DNA of 45,091 nucleotides from a bacterium. Its GTDB lineage: Bacteria; UBA6262; WVXT01. Shown here piece after piece: positions 1 to 9,081 of this stretch; the first letter of the stretch is position 1; the number at the start of each line of letters is the position of its first letter. Location: assembly GCA_046759165.1 (NCBI GenBank), contig JBHIBS010000014.1, forward strand, positions 1 to 45,091. Reading direction: 5' to 3'. The notes beneath the pieces are model-generated. The model was not told the origin of the DNA, made no database searches, and worked only from the letters and a program-made list of their open reading frames with translations. The translations under genes and the position numbers were made by a program.

Positions 1-629
1 CAACGCACTATCTTTTAGGTTCCTGTGTTGGTCCGCATCCTTATCCCATGATGGTGAGGGATTTTCAGTCAGTTATTGGCAAAGAGGTCAAGCGTCAGAT
101 ATTGGAAAAGGAAGGTCGATTCCCAGACTATTTAATAGCCTGTGTGGGAGGTGGGAGTAATTCTCTTGGTCTATTTCATCCTTTCTATAACGATGGAGTA
201 AAGTTTATTGGAATTGAAGCGGCCGGGCTGGGGATAAAGAGTGGCAGGCACGCTGCTCCTCTATATGCGGGAGAGATAGGAATCTTGCATGGCTCGAAAA
301 GTTATGTCCTACAGGACAGCAATGGGCAAATTCTTCCTGCACATTCTGTTGCTCCCGGCTTGGATTATCCTGGAGTTGGACCTGAACACAGTTTTTATAA
401 GAAGACAGGGCGTGCCGATTACTTTGTAGTTACGGATAAGGAGGCACTGGAGGCTTTCCATCTACTCTCTGAGACCGAGGGCATTATTCCGGCGTTGGAG
501 CCAGCTCATGCTTTGGCCTACTTAATGAAAATGGCAAAGGATACTAATAAAGACGAGATAATTGTCCTTTGTCTCTCTGGCCGGGGAGATAAGGATGTGG
601 AGATAGTGAAGGGGAGGATGAAGGGATAG
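1..629 (+). CDS. trpB: Tryptophan synthase beta chain, 5'-truncated by the window edge
   Basis: Frame open from base 3 ([22 protein letters not shown]); motifs [35 protein letters not shown]; upstream of trpA. Confidence 0.97.
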   Translation, partial: THYLLGSCVGPHPYPMMVRDFQSVIGKEVKRQILEKEGRFPDYLIACVGGGSNSLGLFHPFYNDGVKFIGIEAAGLGIKSGRHAAPLYAGEIGILHGSKSYVLQDSNGQILPAHSVAPGLDYPGVGPEHSFYKKTGRADYFVVTDKEALEAFHLLSETEGIIPALEPAHALAYLMKMAKDTNKDEIIVLCLSGRGDKDVEIVKGRMKG

Positions 630-774
630 TTTTCGGAGTCGCTCGGTTAGAACCTCGCTCTAATTCCGCCAGCGCTGGGGCGAAACCTGGCGGAATTGAA
701 GCTCCTTTAACTATCCCTTCATCCTCAGGATGTTAAGAGGTGGGATAGTTTTCGGAGTTGCTCGGTTAGAACCT
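614..774. repeat. Palindromic miniature element plus partial direct-repeat copy between trpB and trpA
   Basis: Perfect 18-bp inverted repeat GAGGATGAAGGGATAGTT 614-631 / 709-726; inner 11-bp stem 662-672 / 687-697; 33-nt direct repeat 623-655 / 742-774 with one mismatch. Confidence 0.8.
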
Positions 775-796
775 AAATTTTTGATAACGCAGGTTT

Positions 797-1597
797 ATGA
801 ACAGGATTGAGAGTAAATTTGTAGAGTTAAAGAGTAAGGGTACAAAGGCTTTAATCACTTTTATTACTGCCGGTGATCCAGATTTGGATACGACCTTTGA
901 GTTGGTTTTGGAAATGGAGAGGAAAGGTACAGATGTGGTTGAGCTGGGGGTTCCTTTTTCAGATCCTTTGGCTGACGGTACTACCATTCAGAGAGCATCC
1001 CAGAGAGCGCTAAAGAATAAAGTAAGATTAGAAGATATACTCAAATTGGTTTATAAATTGAGAAGGAAGACGGAAATTCCAATCGTTCTGATGAGTTATT
1101 TGAATCCTGTTTACAAGTATGGGTTGGAAGAATTTGCCAGAATGTGCAGAAAAACGGGCGTAGATGGGGTTATCATTCCAGACCTTGTGCCCGAAGAAGC
1201 AGAAGAGTGGCTGAGAGCGGCACGCTTGAATAAATTATCTACGATTTTTCTGGCTGCTCCCACCAGCCCGCTCGATAGGATAAAAAAAATTGCCAGCAAA
1301 AGCACGGGTTTCCTATATTATGTATCTTTAACTGGCGTGACCGGCGCCCGTGACAAATTGAATACCAATGTAATTGAGGCTTTAAAAGCCATTAAAAGGA
1401 TAACTAATAGACCTGTAGCCTGCGGCTTCGGGATCTCCAATTCCCGACAGGCAAGAAAGATATCTAGATATAGCGATGGTGTAATTGTGGGTAGCGCCAT
1501 TATAGACTTGATTGAAAGGAGCACCACCAGAAAGGCTATACTAAGGAATGTGGGTAATTTTGTGGTGTCTTTACACCAGAAAATGGTAGGTGATTAG
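797..1597 (+). CDS. trpA: Tryptophan synthase alpha chain
   Basis: TAGDP, ELGVPFSDPLADG, YYVSLTGVTG, GFGIS, DGVIVGSA motifs. Confidence 0.97.
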   Translation: MNRIESKFVELKSKGTKALITFITAGDPDLDTTFELVLEMERKGTDVVELGVPFSDPLADGTTIQRASQRALKNKVRLEDILKLVYKLRRKTEIPIVLMSYLNPVYKYGLEEFARMCRKTGVDGVIIPDLVPEEAEEWLRAARLNKLSTIFLAAPTSPLDRIKKIASKSTGFLYYVSLTGVTGARDKLNTNVIEALKAIKRITNRPVACGFGISNSRQARKISRYSDGVIVGSAIIDLIERSTTRKAILRNVGNFVVSLHQKMVGD

Positions 1598-1598
1598 C

Positions 1599-2420
1599 AT
1601 GCCAGTCGAAGTTCCCGGCGGTAAAAAGAGTGTGCCAGGCGGCCTCTGGACTAAATGTGGAAAGTGTAATGAGATAATCTACAACAAGGAACTGGAAAAG
1701 AACTTTAGGATTTGTCCCAAGTGCGGCCATTACTTCCAATTGACAGCAAAACAGCGCATTAAGTTACTTTTGGACAGAGGAAGTTTCAGGGAGGATTACG
1801 CTAATCTTAAAACAAGCGATCCCCTAGGCTTTGTTGCTGTTCAATCGTACAAAAATAGGTTGAAGCAAGACCAGAAGAAGACGGGGTTGAGTGAGGCGGT
1901 TATTAGTGGCGAAGGTAGAATAGGAAAGCACAGGGTGGCTGTGGCTATTTTAGATTTTGACTTCATGGGTGGGAGTATGGCTTCGGTGGTGGGGGAAAAA
2001 GTAACTCGCCTAATTGAAAAAGCAGTCAAGAAAAGAATTCCGTTAATTATTGGCTCTTCTTCTGGCGGGGCGAGGATGCAAGAGGGAGTTCTTTCACTAA
2101 TGCAGATGGTAAAGACAAGCGCAGCCCTTGGCCTATTGGGTCGGAAAAAGATACCTTTTATTTCGATTTTAACTAATCCAACTACAGGCGGAGTAAGTGC
2201 AAGTTTTGCCATGTTGGGTGATGTAATTATTGCAGAGCCAAAAGCGCTTATCGGCTTTGCTGGCCCGCGGGTTATCGAACAGACGATAAAGCAGAAATTA
2301 CCCGAGGGATTTCAGACTTCAGAATTCTTATTAAAGCATGGTTTAATAGATATGATAGTTGAAAGAAAAGACTTAAAGAGCACTGTTATTAAAATATTGG
2401 AACTTTTTTCATCCAGATAA
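1599..2420 (+). CDS. accD: Acetyl-CoA carboxylase carboxyltransferase beta subunit (ATG at 1599 preferred over GTG at 1590)
   Basis: C4 zinc finger LWTKCxxC...CPKC; FMGGSM, SGGARMQEG, PTTGGVSASF, GFAGPRVIEQT, EFLLKHG. Confidence 0.96.
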   Translation: MPVEVPGGKKSVPGGLWTKCGKCNEIIYNKELEKNFRICPKCGHYFQLTAKQRIKLLLDRGSFREDYANLKTSDPLGFVAVQSYKNRLKQDQKKTGLSEAVISGEGRIGKHRVAVAILDFDFMGGSMASVVGEKVTRLIEKAVKKRIPLIIGSSSGGARMQEGVLSLMQMVKTSAALGLLGRKKIPFISILTNPTTGGVSASFAMLGDVIIAEPKALIGFAGPRVIEQTIKQKLPEGFQTSEFLLKHGLIDMIVERKDLKSTVIKILELFSSR

Positions 2421-2499
2421 GCCGAAATTGATGCCCATAGATGTTCGGACGACCGTCCGCTTGGGCGGGGGAATCACCGCTCGCGTCCACTCTTTATGA

Positions 2500-3852
2500 T
2501 TGAAAAATTCCAGTATGACCTATCCGCAGGTTTTAGATTACCTTTCGGGTTTGGACCATTTAGGTATAAAATTTGGGCTATCCAATATTAAAAAGCTTTT
2601 GAGAGTCAGCGGCATTTGTGATGAGAAATTCCGGATAATCCATATCACCGGGACCAATGGAAAAGGGTCTGTAGCTATTTTTCTCTCCAGTATTCTTAAA
2701 CAAGCTGGATTTAGAGTCGGCCTTTATACTTCGCCGCATTTGGTCGATTTTCGAGAACGCATTCAAGTAGATGGTAGGTATATTCCAAAGAGGAAAGTTA
2801 CCGAACTCTTTTCTCAGTTACTATTTCTTACCAGAACTGCCCGCGCAGAATTCTCCCTGAAGCCGACCTATTTTGAAATAACGACAGCCCTGGCGCTCCA
2901 ATACTTTTCTCAAGCCAATGTTGAAATAGCCATCTTAGAAGTTGGCATGGGGGGGCGTTTAGATGCCACAAATGTATTCAAGCATTCCTTGGTCTCAATT
3001 ATCACCAATGTTAATTATGAGCATACGGAGTATTTGGGTAAAAAAATTTCTGATATCTCTCGAGAAAAAGCAGGAATCATAAAAAGGAATGGTGTCGTAA
3101 TTACTGGAGTGAAGCAGAGAAGAGCCCTTGAAGTAATAGAGGGAGTATGTGAGAAGAAAAAAGCGAGATTATTCCGTTTAGGAAAAGATATCAAAGTCCA
3201 ACAAGTAAATCAGAGAAGAAACGCTAGTGATTTCTGTGATTTCCAGAGGTTCGATTACCAGGGAATTTTCGATAGTTTCAGAGATTTAAAGATAAGACTT
3301 CTGGGGAGACACCAGATAGAGAATGCGGCTTTGGCCTTAGGTGCAATCGAAGGATTAGAATTGAGAGGAATCCAGCTGGCGGAGAAGCATTTGAGACAGG
3401 GTCTAGAGAAGGCAACCTGGTCGGGGAGATTGGAAGTTTTAAATTTTGTCAACTGGAAAGGAGAGGAGCGTAGGGTAGTATTAGATGGTGCGCATAATCC
3501 ATCTGCTATGCGCTGCCTCAAGAATGCCCTTCTGGAGGGGGTTATCCCCCATCGGAGGATAATTCTTGTTTTGGGAATTTTAAAAGATAAAGATGTGAAA
3601 AAGATGGTGGCAGAAATCGCTCCTCTGTGTCGGGAAGTGGTGGTGACTTCACCCAATATCGAGAGAGGCTTTGATAAGGATTTGCTTAGAAGAGAGGTTT
3701 TGAATTATCTCCCTTCAAATAGGGTCCGGATAGGGGATGGCGTTGGAGGGGCCTTGAAGAGGGCACTTGAGATTGCCAATACGGATGATTTAATCTGTGT
3801 TACTGGTTCCTTGTATACCGTAGGTGAAGCCAAGAGTGCATTGAGACTATGA
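2500..3852 (+). CDS. folC: Bifunctional folylpolyglutamate synthase/dihydrofolate synthase (start may be ATG 2515)
   Basis: HITGTNGKGS P-loop, YTSPHL, LEVGMGGRLDATN, EKAGIIK, LDGAHNP, VTGSLY. Confidence 0.96.
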   Translation: MKNSSMTYPQVLDYLSGLDHLGIKFGLSNIKKLLRVSGICDEKFRIIHITGTNGKGSVAIFLSSILKQAGFRVGLYTSPHLVDFRERIQVDGRYIPKRKVTELFSQLLFLTRTARAEFSLKPTYFEITTALALQYFSQANVEIAILEVGMGGRLDATNVFKHSLVSIITNVNYEHTEYLGKKISDISREKAGIIKRNGVVITGVKQRRALEVIEGVCEKKKARLFRLGKDIKVQQVNQRRNASDFCDFQRFDYQGIFDSFRDLKIRLLGRHQIENAALALGAIEGLELRGIQLAEKHLRQGLEKATWSGRLEVLNFVNWKGEERRVVLDGAHNPSAMRCLKNALLEGVIPHRRIILVLGILKDKDVKKMVAEIAPLCREVVVTSPNIERGFDKDLLRREVLNYLPSNRVRIGDGVGGALKRALEIANTDDLICVTGSLYTVGEAKSALRL

Positions 3853-4808
3853 AGAAGTATTCTATCGGAATAGACATCGGTGGAACGAATATAACTGTAG
3901 CCCTGGTCACAGAAAAAGGGAAAATCGTAAGAAAGATTAGATTTCCCACCAAGGCGGAAGAGGGCAAAACTAAGACCATCAAACGCATCATAAAAGCTTT
4001 AGATGAGATTATGAAAGGTCTCCGGTCGAAATCTATAGAGGGAATAGGCATTGGGGTAGCTGGTGATATCGACCAGGATAGGGGGATTGTCCGATTCTCT
4101 CCCAATCTATTCTGGAAGAATGTGCCTTTAGGTCGTTTGATAAGAAAGAAGTTCAATCTGGGGGTGGTTCTAGACAATGATGCTAATGCCGCTGCCTGGG
4201 GAACATACATTTTGGAAACTAGGAGAAAGGTAAGGAACTTGCTCTGCATAACCTTGGGTACTGGCGTGGGAAGTGGCATCATACTCAACGGAAGGATATA
4301 TCACGGTTCCTCAGGCAGTGCCGGTGAGATTGGGCATATGACTCTCAATCCGCAAGGTCAAAGATGCAGGTGCGGGAATTATGGCTGTCTTGAAACTTAT
4401 ATTGGCTCCCCCTATATTGTTAAAAAGGCGATTAGGGAAATTAGAAAAGGTGAGAAGAGCCTGATAGAGAAGATCGCTGGTGGAAACTTGGAGTCAATTA
4501 CTTCCGAGACCATTCAGGCTGCTGCCCTACAGGGTGATAAACTGGCAAGGAGAATCTGGAAAGAGGCAGGAGAGTATTTAGGAATAGCATTGTCTGGAGT
4601 TATTAATCTTCTAAATCCAGGAGTCATAGTTTTTGGCGGGGGAGTGGCTAAGGCTGAAGAATTAATTTTCAAACCAATGAAAGCAGAAATAAGAAAACGC
4701 ACTTTCAGGGCTCCTTTTGAGAAAGTAAAGTTTACTCGCACAAAGTTCGGTGAAGACTTAGGAGTAATCGGTGCGGCTTTACTGACATTCCAAGGAAATA
4801 GAAAGTGA
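3849..4808 (+). CDS. ROK family sugar kinase, probable glucokinase
   Basis: GIDIGGT, NDANAAA, LGTGVGSG, AGEIGHM, CxCGxxGCLE zinc motif; no N-terminal HTH. Confidence 0.9.
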   Translation: MKKYSIGIDIGGTNITVALVTEKGKIVRKIRFPTKAEEGKTKTIKRIIKALDEIMKGLRSKSIEGIGIGVAGDIDQDRGIVRFSPNLFWKNVPLGRLIRKKFNLGVVLDNDANAAAWGTYILETRRKVRNLLCITLGTGVGSGIILNGRIYHGSSGSAGEIGHMTLNPQGQRCRCGNYGCLETYIGSPYIVKKAIREIRKGEKSLIEKIAGGNLESITSETIQAAALQGDKLARRIWKEAGEYLGIALSGVINLLNPGVIVFGGGVAKAEELIFKPMKAEIRKRTFRAPFEKVKFTRTKFGEDLGVIGAALLTFQGNRK

Positions 4809-6925
4809 AAAGTGTAAAGTGTAAAGTTACCATAACTTTTCTCTCTCGCATTACACTTTACGCACTGTTGGTGCCTTCCTATATAGTCTTTGTGGCTATT
4901 TTTTCATTTTGTCAATCTGCCACAGCTTACCTTCCTGAAGGGAAAGAACCCTATATAAGTTTATCCAGCACCTATGTAGTTGTTGGGAGGAGTTCTGAAT
5001 TAGGGCCCGTCCAGGATAACCCGATTATTCTTTCAGCCGAGTACATTGAGTATACAAGAGAAGGGAATAAGGTCTTAGCCCGTGGTAATGTTAAGATAGA
5101 AGATAGGGATGTTATCGTGGAATGTGATGAAGCTATTTTCGACTTGGAAGAGGAGAAAATCGAAGCAAAAGGCGAAATCATTCTTCAAGACAAAGAGACT
5201 ATCATCCATGGCAGTCAAATAATCTACGATTTGAGGACAGGGGGTGGAGTTATAGATAATGCTTCATCATTTATAGAACCCTGGTATGTTTCCGGTGCAA
5301 AGATAGAGAGAGTAAGCGATAAAGAAATTGTTGTACATAATGGCTATATTACTTCCTGTGAACTCTCCCCTCCCCATTATCGGTTGAAAGCAAAAAAAAT
5401 TCGTGTATTACTGGGAGATAGGTTTTACGCATATAATGTCCTGACGTATTTAGGCAAAATTCCCATATTCTATTTCCCTTTCTACTGGCGCTCATTGCGC
5501 GAGAGAAGGTTTAAGTGGGGACTGAAATTGGGCTCCAATCGCGAGGAAGGCTTTTTCGCTAAAGGAAATTTTGGCTATGCCTTCAGTAGCAAGACATACG
5601 GAAGTTTACTCCTCGATTATATGACCAAGAAAGGAGTCGGTTTTGGAGGCAGATATGATTACAATTTGCAGGATAAAGTAAAAGGATTCTTGTACGGATA
5701 TTACATTAAGGAGAAAGATACTGAAGAAAAGAGATGGCGCGGAGAGGCAGAACACTTTCAGAGGTTAGGAAACGACTTCTATTTTCAGACGAAGCTGGAC
5801 TATATGTCCAATCAACAGTTTAATCGGGTATATAATAAAGAAGACTGGATACCAATGAAAGAGGAACTGAAATCTCATATTGCTCTTACACGCTCCAGAC
5901 CCAACTATACTTTGAGGATAGTTGGAGAAAGGAAGGATGTATGGGATTACCAGACTGGGCGATTTGTCAATATTCTGGGCTATTCTCCCAGGCTTTCATT
6001 TGCCACAAATCTTCTCCAAATCAAGAAAGGGCTACTCTATTATAAATTAGGAGCGAACTACGCCAACTGCTATCTTAAACCATACGATTATGTCACCAGA
6101 GAATTTCAGGAAGGTCACCGTCTAAATCAGAGCGAGGTCTATTTTGACTTGGTCAATAAACTGAGGTTGTCACGCAGGGCCAGCATAAATACAGAGGTGG
6201 GTTTTCAAGAAAGTTGGCGAGATAAAGATGAGGACTGGAATAGAAAGAATGTATATAAGAATATATACCACACTCAAACAAACCTACGAACCCGAATTAC
6301 TAGGTCTTTCGATACAGACTTAACGCACAGTTTTCAGCAAGAACAGGGTAAGAAGACGACCCTCAATAAACTTTCGATTTTGGGAAGAATTCGCCTTCTT
6401 TGGCTATTGGAATTTACGTCCTCCACAGGATATAGTTTTATTGGAGAGAGAAATCTTAGATTCGATAACCTTTTGTCCCGGGTCGACTTTACTCCCTCCT
6501 CTTTAGCCAGGTTCTATTTGGAACATAACTACGACTTGAACAGGGAGAGGACGGCTAATTTTCAGACTGAGGCGATATTTGGTCCAGGAGCAAGGAAGTG
6601 GTCAATTAATGCCAGATTGACCTATTTAGAGGGAACTTCTGACTATCCCCATCACCTCGACATCCTAAATGGGTTTATTTTTCCAATTGCCCAGAAATGG
6701 AGGGCTCGACTGACTACCAGATACGATATCTATAATGGTGAGCTTATGGAACGGGGAATTCATCTCTATCGAGACCTCCACTGCTGGGAAGCAAGGTTTA
6801 GCTGGACAAAGATACCTTCCAAGGAAGAGATATGGTTCACGGTTAATTTGAAGGTCTTTCCCGAAGAGAGAATAGGCCTTTACCATAATATTGATGAGGA
6901 AGAGTGGAGACTACGGAGAAAGTAA
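4805..6925 (+). CDS. lptD: LPS-assembly protein LptD-like (OstA-type N-domain plus beta-barrel)
   Basis: N-terminal hydrophobic segment, ARGNV/AKGEI beta-jellyroll repeats, TSC...PHY motif, PIFYFP, C-terminal RDLHCW motif. Confidence 0.8.
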   Translation: MKSVKCKVTITFLSRITLYALLVPSYIVFVAIFSFCQSATAYLPEGKEPYISLSSTYVVVGRSSELGPVQDNPIILSAEYIEYTREGNKVLARGNVKIEDRDVIVECDEAIFDLEEEKIEAKGEIILQDKETIIHGSQIIYDLRTGGGVIDNASSFIEPWYVSGAKIERVSDKEIVVHNGYITSCELSPPHYRLKAKKIRVLLGDRFYAYNVLTYLGKIPIFYFPFYWRSLRERRFKWGLKLGSNREEGFFAKGNFGYAFSSKTYGSLLLDYMTKKGVGFGGRYDYNLQDKVKGFLYGYYIKEKDTEEKRWRGEAEHFQRLGNDFYFQTKLDYMSNQQFNRVYNKEDWIPMKEELKSHIALTRSRPNYTLRIVGERKDVWDYQTGRFVNILGYSPRLSFATNLLQIKKGLLYYKLGANYANCYLKPYDYVTREFQEGHRLNQSEVYFDLVNKLRLSRRASINTEVGFQESWRDKDEDWNRKNVYKNIYHTQTNLRTRITRSFDTDLTHSFQQEQGKKTTLNKLSILGRIRLLWLLEFTSSTGYSFIGERNLRFDNLLSRVDFTPSSLARFYLEHNYDLNRERTANFQTEAIFGPGARKWSINARLTYLEGTSDYPHHLDILNGFIFPIAQKWRARLTTRYDIYNGELMERGIHLYRDLHCWEARFSWTKIPSKEEIWFTVNLKVFPEERIGLYHNIDEEEWRLRRK

Positions 6926-6932
6926 TATTTGT

Positions 6933-6961
6933 TTGACAATTTCTTTCCATTTTGTTAATAT
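6933..6961 (+). promoter_or_regulatory. Sigma70-type promoter for tRNA-Phe
   Basis: TTGACA-17 nt-TAATAT with TGn extension, 23 nt upstream of the tRNA. Confidence 0.75.
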
Positions 6962-6984
6962 TAGTGTTACTTAGAAGGAAAGGT

Positions 6985-7058
6985 GCCAAGGTAGCTCAGT
7001 TGGTAGAGCACCGGACTGAAAATCCGGGTTGTCCCCAGTTCGATTCTGGGCCTTGGCA
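6985..7058 (+). tRNA. tRNA-Phe (GAA); CCA not encoded
   Basis: Acceptor GCCAAGG/CCTTGGC, D-arm GCTC/GAGC, anticodon stem CCGGA/TCCGG with loop CTGAAAA, T-arm CCCAG-TTCGATT-CTGGG. Confidence 0.97.
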
Positions 7059-7111
7059 CATTTTTTATCTTTTACATTCTTGGACATTGCGAAGTTCTGG
7101 GAGTATTAATT

Positions 7112-8254
7112 TCATATCTCAAAAATATGTACTTTCCTTAAATCCAACTCTACATCCACTATCTCACCCTCTTTAAATCCTGTATCAGGTGTTAACACAG
7201 AACATTTGTATTTATTAAGCAAGATATGAAGAAGCATCTCTCTTCCCAATGGTTCAAGGGAGTCTATTTTTGCCTTGAAGCTTTGACTCACCCCGTTAGA
7301 AATCCTGGCTCTAAGCGGGACAGTCGCCTCTGAAGGCTTGTTTCTAACGGGGCTAATGTAGATATGTTCTGGTCTTATCCCCAAAATACAAGATTTTGCT
7401 TTTAACTTTTTCAAATCTTTTGTCTTATTAGCTGGCGTTCTCACTTTTCTATCACCGAGAATTATATAGAATATTCCTTCCTCTTCGATAAATGAAGTTT
7501 CAAGTAAGTTCATAGGAGGGGAACCTATAAATGTTGCTACAAATGTGTTGATCGGCCTTTCGTATAATTCATTTGGCGTGCCCATCTGCTCAAGTTTGCC
7601 GTCTTTTAATATACCAATCCTGTCACCTAAAGTCATAGCTTCAACCTGATCGTGAGTAACATAAATAGTTGTTATACCTAATTTACGCTGAAGATTCTTC
7701 AATTCAGCGCGCATAGATAATCTCAACTGGGCGTCAAGATTAGATAATGGCTCATCTAAGAGGAGTACAGTTGGATGGCGCACTATTGCCCGGGCAATAG
7801 CAACCCTCTGGCGTTGGCCACCGCTTAATTCGCCTGGTTTAGCAGCAAGTAAACTTGAAATTCCCAGTGTAGAAGCAACTTTTTCCACAGCTTCTTTTAT
7901 TATCCTCTGTTTTGTCCCAATAATTCGTAAAGGGAATGCTATATTTTCAAATACATTCAAATGTGGATATAATGCATAACTTTGGAAAACAAAAGCAACA
8001 TTTCGATCTTTCGGCATAAGGAAGACTCTTTTCTTGGTAGAAGCAACCAATCTATCATTATACCATACCTCGCCGCTGGTGGGCTTTTCTAACCCGGCAA
8101 TTAAATTTAGCAAGGTAGACTTACCGCAACCACTCGGGCCAAGTAACACAAAAAATTCCTTGTCTTGTATTTCAAGATTTATATCATTTAAAGCCGTAAT
8201 CTGACCACGCAAGGGAAAGAATTTTTTTGTCAAATTGATTAATTTCAGTATCAT
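7112..8254 (-). CDS. malK: Sugar ABC transporter ATP-binding protein (MalK family); true start ATG 8254 overlapping upstream stop
   Basis: Walker A GPSGCGKST, FQSYALYPH, LSGGQRQR, LLLDEPLSNLD, YVTHDQ, FIGSPPMN, C-terminal TOBE-like region. Confidence 0.93.
   Translation of the reverse strand: MILKLINLTKKFFPLRGQITALNDINLEIQDKEFFVLLGPSGCGKSTLLNLIAGLEKPTSGEVWYNDRLVASTKKRVFLMPKDRNVAFVFQSYALYPHLNVFENIAFPLRIIGTKQRIIKEAVEKVASTLGISSLLAAKPGELSGGQRQRVAIARAIVRHPTVLLLDEPLSNLDAQLRLSMRAELKNLQRKLGITTIYVTHDQVEAMTLGDRIGILKDGKLEQMGTPNELYERPINTFVATFIGSPPMNLLETSFIEEEGIFYIILGDRKVRTPANKTKDLKKLKAKSCILGIRPEHIYISPVRNKPSEATVPLRARISNGVSQSFKAKIDSLEPLGREMLLHILLNKYKCSVLTPDTGFKEGEIVDVELDLRKVHIFEI
7290..7352. mobile_element. 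MITE-like palindromic element inserted in frame in malK
   Basis: 12-bp terminal inverted repeat CCCCGTTAGAAA 7291-7302 / TTTCTAACGGGG 7341-7352; encodes extra peptide PVRNKPSEATVPLRARISNGV. Confidence 0.75.
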
Positions 8255-9081
8255 CCTTTTACCGCGCCTCTGGTTAAACCTGTAATTATGTGTCGCTGAA
8301 AGGCGATGGTCAATATAACTACCGGTATAGTGGTCGCAACTGATGCGGCCATGATATTTCCCCAAGGTATTTCTCCATGCAATCCCTGAAAAAGTGCAAT
8401 ACCCACGGGTATAGTGCGTGCACTATAGTCGGTTGTTAATATTAGAGCAAACATAAATTCATTGAAGGCAAAAATAAATGCAAGTAACGCCGTAGAAAAA
8501 AGTGCCGGTGCAGCAACCGGAAAAATTACTTTACGAAGTGTTTGCCAACGCGTGGAGCCATCAATTAGTGCAGCCTTATCCAACTCCTTGGGAATCTGAG
8601 CAAAATAACTTACAAGTATCCAGAGTGATAAGGGCAAAATCCAGGCAATATAGGGAAGTATTAAGGCGTTATAAGTATTTATCCACCCGAGTCTTGTCAT
8701 AACCTTAAACAGATAACCGATCAGGCTTATCTGCGGAAACATTGAAACTGCAAGCACAAAAAATAATATGAACATTTTCCCAGGTAAAGCCAAACGGGTT
8801 ATGGAATAAGCCGCCAAACCAGCTATTAATACGGAGAAAACTGCACTTATGAACGATACTATAAGGCTATTTCGGAGGTAATCAAGGAAATGAAGAGACT
8901 TCATGGTTAATACCGCGTGGTAATTTTTCAATGTAAATTCGAAAAGATTCCCTCCGGACAAGAAATCGGGCCCGGAAACTGCGCTAATTAGAGCCATGTA
9001 TACAAACGGCATCAAACAGAAGCTTACCATAAAAACTGAACCAACTAAAATAAGAATAAATTTAAGCCTCTCCTCATTCAT
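8251..9081 (-). CDS. malG: Carbohydrate ABC transporter permease (MalG type)
   Basis: Six hydrophobic segments, EAA-loop IPKELDKAALIDG, FNEFMFA, TIPVGI. Confidence 0.92.
   Translation of the reverse strand: MNEERLKFILILVGSVFMVSFCLMPFVYMALISAVSGPDFLSGGNLFEFTLKNYHAVLTMKSLHFLDYLRNSLIVSFISAVFSVLIAGLAAYSITRLALPGKMFILFFVLAVSMFPQISLIGYLFKVMTRLGWINTYNALILPYIAWILPLSLWILVSYFAQIPKELDKAALIDGSTRWQTLRKVIFPVAAPALFSTALLAFIFAFNEFMFALILTTDYSARTIPVGIALFQGLHGEIPWGNIMAASVATTIPVVILTIAFQRHIITGLTRGAVKG

Noticed and set aside
630-796. trp attenuator or T-box
   Set aside because: Internal to operon, no Trp-rich leader peptide, no T-box consensus, no U-tract
2450-2470. ZTP or THF riboswitch before folC
   Set aside because: Only a partial 3' resemblance; required 5' aptamer elements not seen, so not listed as a feature
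6991-7010. 20-nt identity GTAGCTCAGTTGGTAGAGCA between tRNA-Phe and tRNA-Thr as attL/attR
   Set aside because: This is the generic D-arm shared by many tRNAs; both genes are complete and no partial tRNA duplicate was found
6952-7176. 74-aa ORF
   Set aside because: Overlaps tRNA-Phe and its promoter; spurious
8255-8365. N-terminal extension of MalK in the ORF track
   Set aside because: Overlaps malG; ATG at 8254 gives normal ATGA coupling and typical MalK start
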